Shown: positions 19,301 to 28,560 of the stretch, in pieces | Numbering within the stretch: the stretch's first letter is position 1 | How the letters are laid out: every line of letters starts with the position of its first letter | Virus record (IMG/VR): IMGVR_UViG_3300037418_003060 | Location: 27,169-91,168 of that record | Direction: 5' to 3' (one strand) | DNA length: 64,000 nt | Source: a virus | Made by a program: the position numbers and the translations under genes | The notes under the pieces: model-generated | Told to the model about the DNA's origin: nothing | Seen by the model: the letters and a program-made list of their open reading frames with translations, nothing else | The model's database searches: none

Positions 19301-19957
19301 GACGACCAGCACGAACTTCACAAGTTCGTCAAGGAGTGCTACCGCCTGGGCAAGAAGCTCAACTTCGTCGCCGAGTACGGCGCCATGGCGCCGAAGGTGG
19401 CGGCCACCTTGATGGTGGACGAGGACGAGGCCCAGACCTTCCTGGACGGGCGTGAAGACATGTTCCCGCGAGTGAAGGAATGGAAGCAGGAAGTCATCGC
19501 CTTCGCCAAGAAGCACGGCTACGTGCTGACCATGAAAGGCGCACGCCGCCACCTGCGCGACGCACTGATGTCGGACGACCGGTTCGAGGCCTCCAAGGCC
19601 GAGCGCCAAGCGGTCAACTTCGAGGTGCAGGGGCCGTCGGCCGAGCAGACCAAGGAGGCGGAAGGTCGCATGTGGGCGCGCGGCCTGTTCTTCCGCTACG
19701 ACGCGGTGTGCTATGGCCCGATTCACGACGAGCTGGTGATGTCGGTGATGATCGAGGACCTGGTGGAGTTCCTGCCCGAGGCGCACGCCTGCATGGCGGT
19801 GCAGTACGCCGGCATGAAGGTGCCCTGCCTCGGCTCGATCAGCTTCGGCGCCAACTTCTTCGACCAGATCGAGATCGGCACCGAGCCGACGCCCGAGGCG
19901 ATCGAGGAGGGGCTGCGCAAGTTGCGCGGTGAGGTCGAACTTGCGGAGGCGGCATGA
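16361..19957 (+). CDS. polA: Family A DNA polymerase with 5'-3' and 3'-5' exonuclease domains
   Basis: N-terminal YKGNR, EGDD, ALVGDSSDNIKG; exonuclease DIE and YGADD; motif A DFDAQELR, B KKLNFVAEYG (Phe at the 762-equivalent position), C IHDEL. Confidence 0.96.
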   Translation: MTRVAYDMSSFMQTALRGGKDDENGYEVEHEGKKVWINSHYHGYDKCIDYMLDVLKEFGCKPMNAILVFEGMNQKARRQMIDPSYKGNRGKSPQAYYDEMGTLKVRLLQAWRDVGAIAVEQDIAEGDDTLAWLAQNSEEDLVVATYDNDLAALCGTNAYGAKITTWIGDVKGGQGLIDVNKFGAFDYHLIPTYKALVGDSSDNIKGILGFGPKAFEEFCSKYGYDGLAELQAMLLAGRLHPDLEAMDCKVVKKIVENQKDMFRCFELARLRPEWVDTMKNPLRWMPGKIRPVQQGDDPRLKPFLGRIKLITADNFEQAVEWARPHIEASVEVALDIEGSDADESDDWLEAQRSKGKAPGVDTFGSTLTGLGLTFGDNTQYTFYISVDHADTNNVESEKVRQFIASIPRHIPIVIQNTMYELPVLFNEWGAEQMTNGCHGFLPNVLDSLFEGSYVNENMELGLKERSRFYLGYTQETYDEVTTLTDKPEDLPRGGKLLRTNYLTETYETGKMVEDTSVGVINEDGSIPMIPEVKTRVVERETGEFETDYKGDLVLKKGKPVPIKEPVVDTVTRQYKMRELSARHVLGYGADDTICTIALHNFYKLHMQLEHHWQVYLDVEIGAAYQHAKNFVDGVPMSQEELNRQIAEDDKIFAGAWSTLRAYLMKKGWAGTEPPVYTRDITVAQVKEAYQIVTGEPLDTAIRTMSKLVTFIREVKDQPILAALLERMTAPLEPDSEITAEEAAKAGEGEDIIRMREKAFTDYVRSKFSGEPEFNDGSTPQMCRLLYEVMELPIRVRNKPTDIMRAKGINEGNPKADALAIAYALRDAEGDDEKVEVLKALQLMSMVGTRRSLYYEKYPHFPHWKDGKIHSQHKQCSTNTRRGASAKPNLQQLPKHPKMEGYAAAFRRVIVPHKPGAVVVSIDFDAQELRIIAERSQDPTALSMFVGDKLTKPHALTGLGIAMKLKPEILWTYDMFMQIHKDDQHELHKFVKECYRLGKKLNFVAEYGAMAPKVAATLMVDEDEAQTFLDGREDMFPRVKEWKQEVIAFAKKHGYVLTMKGARRHLRDALMSDDRFEASKAERQAVNFEVQGPSAEQTKEAEGRMWARGLFFRYDAVCYGPIHDELVMSVMIEDLVEFLPEAHACMAVQYAGMKVPCLGSISFGANFFDQIEIGTEPTPEAIEEGLRKLRGEVELAEAA

Positions 19958-20310
19958 ACGTCCTGTGCTGGCTGCTCGGTCATACGGACAGCAAGGTTCG
20001 CGAGCACGACGGGATGCAGCGATGGAGCATTTGCCGTCGCTGCGTCACCCAGTACCGTGAGGACGACACTGGAGGTGTGCTGATGCGGGAGGTTGGCCAC
20101 GGCCTCGTTTTGCCGAGAGGTTACGGCATCGCCTGGCTGCACTACATCCGTGACAGCGGCGTTGCAATGCCGATACCACTGAACGTGGTGGCAGGTGCAC
20201 TGCGTCGCGCCTGGTGCTGGTTGAAAGTACCGAGGCTGCTGGTCAGGGACCCGTATGCGGCGTATCGCGAAGGCCTTGAAGAAGGCCACAGGCAGGCGAG
20301 CGGAAAGTGA
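19954..20310 (+). CDS. Hypothetical protein (LCWLLGH...CRRC)
   Basis: ATGA overlap; small Cys/His motif common in phage ORFs. Confidence 0.65.
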   Translation: MNVLCWLLGHTDSKVREHDGMQRWSICRRCVTQYREDDTGGVLMREVGHGLVLPRGYGIAWLHYIRDSGVAMPIPLNVVAGALRRAWCWLKVPRLLVRDPYAAYREGLEEGHRQASGK

Positions 20311-20630
20311 GCTGGCATTACCGGTGCATGAAGTGCCGGGGGCGCAACCTTCTGCAGTCGAAGATCGAGGGGTATTACGGCCCGGAGTGCCGCCACTGCG
20401 GCCACCAGCGGTTCTACCTGGACCGCCGGCGGCAGTGGCGCACCGATTATTGCACCTGCGACGGGTATCACTACAAGCACCGCGCCGGCAGCCCGTTCTG
20501 CACGTTGAACCCGAACTACGAGTTCAACGTGCGCACGCGGCGCTACGGCGAGGATCCGTTGGAGGTGCAGCTTGACCTGGCACTGAAATCAGAAGCGCAG
20601 CCGGACGACAAAGAAGGCTGTCCATTTTAA
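20307..20630 (+). CDS. Zn-finger protein
   Basis: CxxC..CxxC..CxC..H.H...C. Confidence 0.7.
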   Translation: MSWHYRCMKCRGRNLLQSKIEGYYGPECRHCGHQRFYLDRRRQWRTDYCTCDGYHYKHRAGSPFCTLNPNYEFNVRTRRYGEDPLEVQLDLALKSEAQPDDKEGCPF

Positions 20631-20662
20631 AGAGACGTAAAACAACAACCAAGGGAGCAGAA

Positions 20663-20959
20663 GTGAAAATCAACTACATCACCGGGCCGCAGGGCTGCGG
20701 CAAAACCACCCACCTCGAGATCGTCGCCAACAAGGCACAGCGCAAGGGTCTGGCCGTTGTGCGGCCGCGCATCACGAGCTCAGGTTTCCAGGGGCTGCAG
20801 GCTGACCTGCGCCGCGTCACGCCCAAGACTGTCGTACTGATAGACGAGGGCGAGGGCTGCGGCCTGCCGATCCAGTACGACCAGCTGCAGCTGCCGCACG
20901 GCGTGCAGGTGTTCGTCGCAAACCAAGGACCGCGCAACACCTGGGCCAACCTCTCCTGA
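20663..20959 (+). CDS. Miniature P-loop NTPase (98 aa)
   Basis: Walker A GPQGCGKT; Walker B VLIDE; GGAG RBS. Confidence 0.7.
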   Translation: MKINYITGPQGCGKTTHLEIVANKAQRKGLAVVRPRITSSGFQGLQADLRRVTPKTVVLIDEGEGCGLPIQYDQLQLPHGVQVFVANQGPRNTWANLS

Positions 20960-20972
20960 AAGGAATAACAAC

Positions 20973-21962
20973 ATGACCAAGACCCTCCCCCAACTGGCCA
21001 TCGACGTCAAACCCGACTTCAAGAGCATGCGCTTCCCCGTCTGGGGCTTCCGCAAGATCGACGGCGTGCGCGGCTGCCACGTTACCGGTAAGTTCACCGG
21101 CCGCTCGCTGGAAGATATGAAGAATACCGACCTGGCCGCGAAGTTCAGCAGCGCTGAATATGAAGGCTTCGACGGCGAGCTGACGATCGATGGCTACCTG
21201 CGCAACTGCGATCTGCCGGCCGAGCTGAAGCCGGAAGGCAACGAGACTCTGTGCTCGCTCACCACCGGCATCACCAACCGCGCCAAGCTGCGCAAGGGCG
21301 AGACCGCGCTGCCGACGAACGTGATCTGGAACCTGTTCGACTGGCTGCACCCGCTGCTGCTCGACCAGCCCTACGAGGTACGCTACGAGAAGCTGAGCCA
21401 GCACTTGGAAGCGTACCGGCAGGCCGACGTGTTCCTGCTCGGCTACACCATCATCAACAGCCCCGAAGAAGCTGCCGCCTTCTGCATCGAGTGCGTGGAG
21501 CTGGGCTACGAAGGCGCAGTCTTCCGTGATCCGGCCGCCCGGCACAAGCACGGCCGCGCCACGGCGAAGAGCAACGACTTCTGGCGCTTCAAGCCAGCCT
21601 CGGTCAAGGACTGCGTGATCACCGGCTTCGAGGAGGCGATGGAGAACCAGAACGAGGCGACCACCAACGCGCTGGGTCGCACCGAGCGCAGCTCCCACAA
21701 GGAGAACAAGGTCGGCAAGGGCATGATCGGCGCCTTCCTTGCGCGTGACGTTGTCGACGGCGAGCCGGTCGGCCCTGTGCTGCGCCTGGGCCCGGGCAGC
21801 TCGACGCACCAGCAGCGCATCGACTGGTTCAACAACCCGGACGAGATCGTCGGCTGGCCGGCCGAGTACATGTCGCTCGACACGGGTGTGAAGGACGCGC
21901 CGCGCCAGGCGCGCTTCGTGCGCCGCCGCGAGAAGTACGACATGCCGAAGGAGGCAGCGTGA
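20973..21962 (+). CDS. lig: ATP-dependent DNA ligase
   Basis: KIDGVR, FDGE, FD, YEGAVFR, RFK motifs. Confidence 0.93.
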   Translation: MTKTLPQLAIDVKPDFKSMRFPVWGFRKIDGVRGCHVTGKFTGRSLEDMKNTDLAAKFSSAEYEGFDGELTIDGYLRNCDLPAELKPEGNETLCSLTTGITNRAKLRKGETALPTNVIWNLFDWLHPLLLDQPYEVRYEKLSQHLEAYRQADVFLLGYTIINSPEEAAAFCIECVELGYEGAVFRDPAARHKHGRATAKSNDFWRFKPASVKDCVITGFEEAMENQNEATTNALGRTERSSHKENKVGKGMIGAFLARDVVDGEPVGPVLRLGPGSSTHQQRIDWFNNPDEIVGWPAEYMSLDTGVKDAPRQARFVRRREKYDMPKEAA

Positions 21963-22354
21963 TGGCCCAGAAACTACCTAACCCGCCGCCAAGGCAGCCG
22001 GCAGTGCCTGTCTCTGCGCCCGCGATGAACAACGTTGAAGTCGGTGACAAGGTCTTGGTCACCTGCGACAACTGGTTCTACGCGCCAAACGGCCAACACT
22101 ACCGTGCGGTGTTTGGCACGGTAAGGGCGGTGCGCACAGCCGAAGACACGCTGGGCGTGCGCCCGAACGGCAAGAGTACGAACTGGTATGTCGAAGTTGG
22201 CAACATGACGATCGCCGGCTGCCAGGTTCATTACGTGGTGAAGACGGACCGGTGCGATCTGGGCACAACGTGCTCCTGGACTGAAGAGAAGGGCGTGGTG
22301 GTGTATTTCGACCGCCCTAGCCACATCTACAACGCTGACGAGGAGACCGCATGA
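21959..22354 (+). CDS. Hypothetical protein
   Basis: AGGAGG RBS; translational coupling. Confidence 0.7.
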   Translation: MMAQKLPNPPPRQPAVPVSAPAMNNVEVGDKVLVTCDNWFYAPNGQHYRAVFGTVRAVRTAEDTLGVRPNGKSTNWYVEVGNMTIAGCQVHYVVKTDRCDLGTTCSWTEEKGVVVYFDRPSHIYNADEETA

Positions 22355-22554
22355 AAATCCGCACCACCCTCGACGTGGTCGAGATCCCTGCCGGGAAGGT
22401 CGATGAAGCGATTCGTCGCCTGATTCTCGAAGAGACTGGTCGTGAGATGGCCGAAATCGTCTTTGTCAACCCTGTGGAGGAGGTTCTCATCAGCGCGCCT
22501 AAACGCCTGCGAGTGTACCTCAACGCAACCCTGAAGCCTGTGCCTGTGGGCTGA
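22351..22554 (+). CDS. Hypothetical protein (67 aa)
   Basis: AGGAG RBS; ATGA overlap. Confidence 0.65.
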   Translation: MKIRTTLDVVEIPAGKVDEAIRRLILEETGREMAEIVFVNPVEEVLISAPKRLRVYLNATLKPVPVG

Positions 22555-22557
22555 CCG

Positions 22558-22803
22558 ATGCGCGGCCGCTACCAGAAGAATCAGCGGCCGCTCCGCAACC
22601 CTGTTGTTGCAGAGCGCAGCTGCGAGAGCAAGGTGCGTTACACGAGCGAAGACGTCGCGCGCGCAGTAGGCATCGAACGGCAGAACGACAGCGCAGTCCC
22701 GCTGTTCATCTACGAGTGCCCACTGTGCCGCGGCTGGCACCTGACCAAGAGGGCCAGACCGAAAGAGCTGGCCGTTGACTTTTACCTGAGAGAGACAGAA
22801 TGA
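22558..22803 (+). CDS. Small Zn-binding phage protein
   Basis: C..K.RY...YECPLCRGWHLT motif. Confidence 0.7.
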   Translation: MRGRYQKNQRPLRNPVVAERSCESKVRYTSEDVARAVGIERQNDSAVPLFIYECPLCRGWHLTKRARPKELAVDFYLRETE

Positions 22804-23690
22804 CCCAAGAAACCCGATACCTTGACCTGCTCGACCATATCCTGCACAACGGCGAGCGCGAATCCAACCGCACCGGCATCGACACCCTGACCATCCCCGG
22901 AGCCATGCTCAAGTTCGACCTGCGCAAGGGCTTCCCGGCCGTGACCACGAAGGAACTCAACTTCAAGGCCGTCGTCGGCGAGCTGATCGGCTTCCTGCGC
23001 GGCTGCACCAGCGCCGCCGACTTCCGCGCGCTGGGCTGCAACGTGTGGAACCAGAACGCCAACGAGAACAAGGACTGGCTGGTCAACCCGCACCGTCTGG
23101 GTGAGGACGACCTGGGCCGGATCTACGGCGCGCAGTGGCGCTGCTGGGCTGGGCTGGGGATCACTTCCGCACCGGTCATCGTCGACCAGATCGAGCGTGC
23201 GCTGCATGACCTGCGCTACAACCCGACCAGCCGACGCATCCTCGTCTCCGCCTGGAACCCGGCCGAGCTTGACCAGGCCGCGCTGCCGCCGTGCCACGTG
23301 CTGTTCCAGCTGCTGCCGCGCAGCGACGGCACGCTGCACATGACGATGTACCAGCGTTCGGTGGATAGTTTCCTGGGCCTGCCGTTCAACATTGCCAGCT
23401 ACGCGCTGCTGCTCGAGCTGTTCGCCGCCTGGTCCGGCCGCACCGCTGCCACGCTCACGATGTTCCTCGCTGACGTGCACATCTACGAGAACCACATCGA
23501 TCAGGTGAAGAAACAGCTGCGGCGCATGCCGCTGCCGGCGCCGAAGCTGCTCCTGCGCATGGACGGCACGGCGACCGTGGACGACCTGGAGAGGCTGCTG
23601 GCGAAGCTGGACAACACGTCTGAATTCCCGACAGCAGAACTGATCGGCTACCAATCCCACCCGGCGCTGCGCGCGCCGATGGCGGTGTAA
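22800..23690 (+). CDS. thyA: Thymidylate synthase
   Basis: RTG, TTK, SRR, LPPCH, QRSVD, GLPFN, HIYENH, C-terminal MAV. Confidence 0.97.
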   Translation: MTQETRYLDLLDHILHNGERESNRTGIDTLTIPGAMLKFDLRKGFPAVTTKELNFKAVVGELIGFLRGCTSAADFRALGCNVWNQNANENKDWLVNPHRLGEDDLGRIYGAQWRCWAGLGITSAPVIVDQIERALHDLRYNPTSRRILVSAWNPAELDQAALPPCHVLFQLLPRSDGTLHMTMYQRSVDSFLGLPFNIASYALLLELFAAWSGRTAATLTMFLADVHIYENHIDQVKKQLRRMPLPAPKLLLRMDGTATVDDLERLLAKLDNTSEFPTAELIGYQSHPALRAPMAV

Positions 23691-23692
23691 TC

Positions 23693-24244
23693 ATGGCGCC
23701 GGTCAAAACAGCCAACGGCGGACCTGCCAATCGCGGGAAGTATTGTGAAAAGAAGGTCAAGGAGATCCTCGAGTATTTCGAGAAGCGCAACATGACCTTC
23801 ACCTACAACCGCTGCCTGGACGCGCACGCGGCCGCCGGCCGCTTCCCGGCGCAGGCGGGTGACTACCAGGCGTTCGTGAAGCTGACCGTAGCCTATTCGT
23901 TTGAGTGCGCAGGTCTGACGAAGCCTGTGTCGGGTCAGGACTGGTTCCAGGCCTCCCGCAACTTCATCCTCGAGTGCAAGGAGGTAGCCCACTCACACCT
24001 GCTCCCGCCGAAGAACTACTCGGCCGACAAGGTCGCGCGCGTGCAAAAGCGCGTGCTGGCCGGCACTGAGGCGATCGTCGTCGTCCTGCACAAGAAGCCG
24101 ACGTTCGTGTACCGCCTGGTGCCGTTCTCGGTGTTCACGCAGCGGCCGGCTAGGGGCAGCTGGGACCTGTCGGCCTACCCGACCTACCTCGATATCCACG
24201 CGCTGCAGAAGGCGCTGGGCGAATTCATGGGAGTGACAGCATGA
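23693..24244 (+). CDS. PD-(D/E)xK Holliday junction resolvase-like nuclease (RecU-like)
   Basis: NRGK..E, GDY, LECKE motifs. Confidence 0.65.
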   Translation: MAPVKTANGGPANRGKYCEKKVKEILEYFEKRNMTFTYNRCLDAHAAAGRFPAQAGDYQAFVKLTVAYSFECAGLTKPVSGQDWFQASRNFILECKEVAHSHLLPPKNYSADKVARVQKRVLAGTEAIVVVLHKKPTFVYRLVPFSVFTQRPARGSWDLSAYPTYLDIHALQKALGEFMGVTA

Positions 24245-24561
24245 CGCGCCAAGTTACTGAGAAAGACCTGCGCCGCCCCGAGTTCAGCGAGGGCGGCCCG
24301 GAAGACTACGAGTTCCGCAAGGACGGCAAGCTGGTGCGCAAGGACCGCTGGGAGCAGGGCCTGCGCAGCGTCGCCATGATTGTGCTCGGGCGAGGTGCGT
24401 TCGAGGTCGACGATGTCGTCGACGCGGTGCGCCAGCTGCACGGCGTGCAGGTGCTGGAAGCGATCAGGGACGCCCGTTTCGTGTTCGAAAGCGAGCCGAA
24501 GGCAATCGAGTGCCTCGACTATCTGGAGCAGCTGCGCATCAGGCCGAAGGAGGAAACATAA
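24241..24561 (+). CDS. Hypothetical protein
   Basis: GGAG RBS; translational coupling. Confidence 0.7.
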   Translation: MTRQVTEKDLRRPEFSEGGPEDYEFRKDGKLVRKDRWEQGLRSVAMIVLGRGAFEVDDVVDAVRQLHGVQVLEAIRDARFVFESEPKAIECLDYLEQLRIRPKEET

Positions 24562-24923
24562 TGAGCTGGGAAATCGGATACGACAACGACTTGAACAGGG
24601 ACGTCGGCTACGGTGTGCCGGCGTATTGCGATCAGCCAGGCTGCACAGCGGAGATCGATCGCGGCCTGGGGCACATCTGCGGCGGTGAGCCGTTCGGAGG
24701 TGAGCACGGCTGCGGCCTGCACTTCTGCACTCACCACCTGGCAGACCCGCACCAACTTTGCCACCGCTGCAGGCAGGGGCTGCCGCACTTCGCCTTGAAA
24801 CCTGACCACCCAAAGTGGATGCACTGGAAGCTGACCGACAGCAGCTGGCAGGAATGGCGCAACAAGAACCCTGAAGCAGTGGCTGCACTGACGGCCGCCC
24901 TGGCCGAGAAAGGACAACAATGA
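24561..24923 (+). CDS. Cys/His-rich hypothetical protein
   Basis: AGGAGG RBS at 24561; GYGVPAYCD.PGC...IDRGL...CG...GCGL.FC..H. Confidence 0.75.
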   Translation: MSWEIGYDNDLNRDVGYGVPAYCDQPGCTAEIDRGLGHICGGEPFGGEHGCGLHFCTHHLADPHQLCHRCRQGLPHFALKPDHPKWMHWKLTDSSWQEWRNKNPEAVAALTAALAEKGQQ

Positions 24924-25963
24924 CGACCCTCACCGTAATCAACGACTGGCACCTAGGCGCCGTGCGCTCCGGCGGCACCACGCCGGCCACCGCCTACCAG
25001 CTGCGCCAGGACCTGCTGGCTAACGGCCAGGCCATCCTCGAACAGATCACCGGCGACCTGCTGGTCAACGGCGACCTGTTCGACGGCCCGGACATCCCGC
25101 GCGCCGACCTGCTGGCGGCCGTGCGGATGTTCAGCGTCTGGCTGGAGCGCAAGGACACCGGCCACCTACTGCTTGCGAACGGCAACCACGACCTCGACAA
25201 GAACTCGACCAAGCTGTCCTCGTTCCAGTTCTTCGCGCAGCTGCTGTGCGAGCTGTACCCAGATCGTGTGATGCACATCGTGGAAGGTACGCGCCTGTGG
25301 CAGCATGACGCCTACGTGATCCCGCACATGCCCAACCAGGAGCTGTTCGACCTAGAGCTGGGCAAGGTGCCCGAGTGCCGCTACCTGTTCGTGCACGCCA
25401 ACTACGACAACCAGTTCGCGGTCGAGATGGACCACAGCCTGAACCTGTCGAAGGAAGTGGCCGAGAAGCTGCCGGTCGAGTACATCGTGTTCGGCCACGA
25501 GCACCAGGGGCGTAACAAGCTGGGCGGCAAGGTCGTCATCGTCGGCAACCAGTTCCCGAGCAGCGTGTCGGACTGCCTGGGCGGCGCCGGCAAATATCGT
25601 TTCGAAACGAAACCGAACGGCGGCTTCGTCTTACGTTCGACCTGGGGCGACGACGGAGACTTCATCGAGGTCGACTGGCGCGAGATCGCCGACCACGGCG
25701 CGCGCTTCGTGCGCGTCACCGGCACGGCCAGCGCCGACGAGGCCAACAAGGTCGTGAACGCGATCGCGCGCCTGCGCCGCGAATCTTCCGCGCTCGTCAT
25801 CACCAACGCGGTCAAGGTGGCCAGCGTCACGGACGGCGAAGAGATGCAGCTGACGCACGAAGAGGTCACCAGCTTCAACGCGATGGAAGCCCTGCTTGAA
25901 TTCCTCGGGCCTGACGACGGCGCCGAGCTCACCAAAATCCTGGAGGAGGAAGAGAATGCTTAA
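24920..25963 (+). CDS. sbcD: SbcD/Mre11-like nuclease subunit
   Basis: DWHLG, GDLFD, GNHD, GHEH metallophosphoesterase motifs; next to an SbcC gene. Confidence 0.88.
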   Translation: MTTLTVINDWHLGAVRSGGTTPATAYQLRQDLLANGQAILEQITGDLLVNGDLFDGPDIPRADLLAAVRMFSVWLERKDTGHLLLANGNHDLDKNSTKLSSFQFFAQLLCELYPDRVMHIVEGTRLWQHDAYVIPHMPNQELFDLELGKVPECRYLFVHANYDNQFAVEMDHSLNLSKEVAEKLPVEYIVFGHEHQGRNKLGGKVVIVGNQFPSSVSDCLGGAGKYRFETKPNGGFVLRSTWGDDGDFIEVDWREIADHGARFVRVTGTASADEANKVVNAIARLRRESSALVITNAVKVASVTDGEEMQLTHEEVTSFNAMEALLEFLGPDDGAELTKILEEEENA

Positions 25964-26153
25964 CATGCTTGCAAATCTGGCCAAGGCCGGCGTGGCCACG
26001 GTGCTGGCGCCGGTGGCTGTGGTGGTCGACGTCGTGTCTATGCCGTTCGCCGACGTGGGCGATTACAACAAGCCGGTGTTCGACAAGACCGGCAGGCTGT
26101 TGAGTGCGGCCGGCGAGGCGGTGAAAGAAGCCGTCAGGGTGGAGAAGGATTGA
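25956..26153 (+). CDS. Hypothetical protein (65 aa)
   Basis: GGAGG RBS. Confidence 0.6.
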   Translation: MLNMLANLAKAGVATVLAPVAVVVDVVSMPFADVGDYNKPVFDKTGRLLSAAGEAVKEAVRVEKD

Positions 26154-26365
26154 TGGACGCCAATTCCTACCTCGACTACAAGTGCCGGCAGTGCGGCCAG
26201 CGGTTCTCGCTAGTGTCGGAGCACGATACCCCTGAACGTGCGCTGGCCAACGCCATCGTCGGCAATGAACTGCTTGACATCCACACCTGCAGCAGCACCC
26301 TGGTTGGTATTGCCGACCTGATTGGTGCCCGTCCACCTGCAAACCAGAAAGTGAACGATGCTTAA
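26153..26365 (+). CDS. Small Zn-ribbon-like protein
   Basis: YKCRQCG...HTC; TGATG coupling. Confidence 0.6.
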   Translation: MDANSYLDYKCRQCGQRFSLVSEHDTPERALANAIVGNELLDIHTCSSTLVGIADLIGARPPANQKVNDA

Positions 26366-28550
26366 TAAAATCAAACTCCAAAACTTCCGCAAGCACGTCG
26401 ACCGCGAATTCCAGTTCGGCCCGGGCCTGAACGCGATCCGTGGGGCCAATGAGGCAGGAAAGACCACAGCCCTCGAAGGCTTGACCTACTTCTGCTTCGG
26501 CAGCGGCGCACTGCGCCAGCCGCTGGACGAGGTGGTCACCTACGGCACGCCGGTGGCCAAGCTGCGCGTGGACGTCGAGCTCGAGGTGCTGGGCGTGACC
26601 TACACCGGATACCGCGGCAAGTCCGGCGCCGAGGTCCGCTTCGGCAATGAGATCGTCACCGGCCAGCGCGAGGTCACGCGCCACTTCGAGCAGCTGTTCG
26701 GCGTGGATGCCAAGACTGCCGGCAAGCTAATGTTCGCCAGCCAGAAGGGGTTGGCCGAGTCGCTCAAGGGTGGCCCGGCCGAAGCCGGCGCCCTGATCGA
26801 GGACCTGGCCGGCTTCGACTTGTTCGAGCGGGCGATCACGGCGATCCAGAAGCGCCGGCCGTGTGGCCTGACCGGCAACGCCGAGACGCGCGTGGCCACG
26901 CTGCGCGCGCAGGTGGTCGACGAAGTGGCCGAGGACCTGGAGCCGCTGCGGGCGCAGGTCTCCGGCGCCGAGAAGGCGCTGGAGGTGCGCACGCAGGAGC
27001 TGGAAAAACAGCAAACGCAACTTGCGGTACTTGACGTCCAGGCCGCCAACGTCATCCTGGCTGACGAGAAGCGCCTCCAGGCGACGATCGCAGCCTCGGA
27101 CAGGGAACTGGCCCAGCTCGATGAAAAACTCGCTGTAGCGGCTCCTGTCGCGCCGACGGACGAGGAAATCGCGGCGGTGCGCCAGCAGGTAGAAGATGAG
27201 AAGCAGTTCGACCGGCTGGCTACGCTGCACGCCAAGCTGGTGGCCCGTACCGTGGCGCCGCAGTGGGACAAGGACCTGGCTTCGCTTGAGCAGGAGATTT
27301 CCGATACGTCCAGCAAGGTGGTCGAGCGCCGCAAGGCTGTTGCCGAGCTTGAGCTGGAGCTGTCCTCGGTCGGGCGCAAGCTGCTTGAGGCACGTGGCAC
27401 GTTCGGCAGGAAGATTGCCACGGCAGAGGGTCGGTTGATCCGCGAGACGACCTGCGCGCTGTGCCAGAAGGACTTGTCGGACGTGCCGGAGGTGGCCCAG
27501 GTAAATGCCAAGGCGCACGCCGAAGTGCAGCAGCTGCGCGACGAACAGGCTGTTGCCGAGCTGGCGCTGCAGCAGCAGGAGTTTTCGTTGAAAGAGGTGA
27601 TAGCCAGCGACCGCAATGCCCTGGCCACGGCCGAGCAGTACCTGTCCGCCCTGAACACTGTCGTCGCGACCAACGCCAAGGTAGAGCAGCTGTACGCCGG
27701 CGCGGCCGACTACATCGAGGTCGACCGCAGCACGGTGCCCGGCACCTGGAAGTGGACCGGGCCCGACGTCACCGGCGTGCCCACGAACACGGCGGCGCCG
27801 CGGCTGGCGCAGCTGGAGGCGGCGGCGCGCGCGGCGGTGGCCTTCGCGGCGGCGCGCGGCGAGCAGCAGGAACGTCGCACTGCGGTCGTGGTGCAGCGCG
27901 CGGCCGCCGTAGCAGCTCTGACCGACCTGCCGCTGGCCGACGCGCGCGAGACGCTCGAGCTGGCCGCGCAGCTGGGGCCGAAGATCGAGGCGGCGCGCGC
28001 GGCGCGCGACACGGCGCGCAGCACCCTGCAGCAGCTGCAGTCCCAGCTGTCGACCAAGGAGGCGCTGGCCAAGCAGCGGGCCGAGCATCTTGCCCAGGTC
28101 AGGCAGCAGCTTGAGGCGACCGAGAAGGAACTGGCCGACATGGTGCGCTATAACCTCCTGATCAAGAAGATCCGCGAGGCGCGCCCGGTGATCGCCACCA
28201 AGCTGTGGAACATCGTGCTGGCCGGGGTCTCGAAGTACCTGTCGATGGTGCGCGAGGAGCCGTCGATCGTCACGCGCGCGGACGGCGTGTTCCTGTGCGA
28301 CGGCCACCCGGTAGCCGGCCTGTCCGGCTCGGGCGAGGACATGCTGGGGCTGGCCGCGCGCATCGCGCTCACGCGCACGTTCCTGCCAGGCGTGGACTTC
28401 CTGAACCTGGATGAACCGGCCGCGGCGTGCAGCGATGAGCGCGAGGGCAGGATGCTGGGCATGCTCTCGACGCTGGACTTCGGCCAGATCGTGCTGGTGA
28501 CCCACTCGGACCTGGCGGACGCTTTCGCCGACCGTATTGTCAACGTATAA
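26358..28550 (+). CDS. sbcC: SbcC/Rad50-like ABC ATPase
   Basis: GANEAGKTT, coiled coil with CALC zinc hook, LSGSG signature, LDEP, VTH. Confidence 0.93.
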   Translation: MLNKIKLQNFRKHVDREFQFGPGLNAIRGANEAGKTTALEGLTYFCFGSGALRQPLDEVVTYGTPVAKLRVDVELEVLGVTYTGYRGKSGAEVRFGNEIVTGQREVTRHFEQLFGVDAKTAGKLMFASQKGLAESLKGGPAEAGALIEDLAGFDLFERAITAIQKRRPCGLTGNAETRVATLRAQVVDEVAEDLEPLRAQVSGAEKALEVRTQELEKQQTQLAVLDVQAANVILADEKRLQATIAASDRELAQLDEKLAVAAPVAPTDEEIAAVRQQVEDEKQFDRLATLHAKLVARTVAPQWDKDLASLEQEISDTSSKVVERRKAVAELELELSSVGRKLLEARGTFGRKIATAEGRLIRETTCALCQKDLSDVPEVAQVNAKAHAEVQQLRDEQAVAELALQQQEFSLKEVIASDRNALATAEQYLSALNTVVATNAKVEQLYAGAADYIEVDRSTVPGTWKWTGPDVTGVPTNTAAPRLAQLEAAARAAVAFAAARGEQQERRTAVVVQRAAAVAALTDLPLADARETLELAAQLGPKIEAARAARDTARSTLQQLQSQLSTKEALAKQRAEHLAQVRQQLEATEKELADMVRYNLLIKKIREARPVIATKLWNIVLAGVSKYLSMVREEPSIVTRADGVFLCDGHPVAGLSGSGEDMLGLAARIALTRTFLPGVDFLNLDEPAAACSDEREGRMLGMLSTLDFGQIVLVTHSDLADAFADRIVNV

Positions 28551-28560
28551 GGAGAAAGAG

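Noticed and set aside
22800-23690. ThyA as a base-hypermodifying dCMP hydroxymethylase
   Set aside because: It keeps the dUMP-specifying Asn (GLPFN) and a canonical C-terminus; no glycosyltransferase, PurZ or 7-deazaguanine genes were seen.
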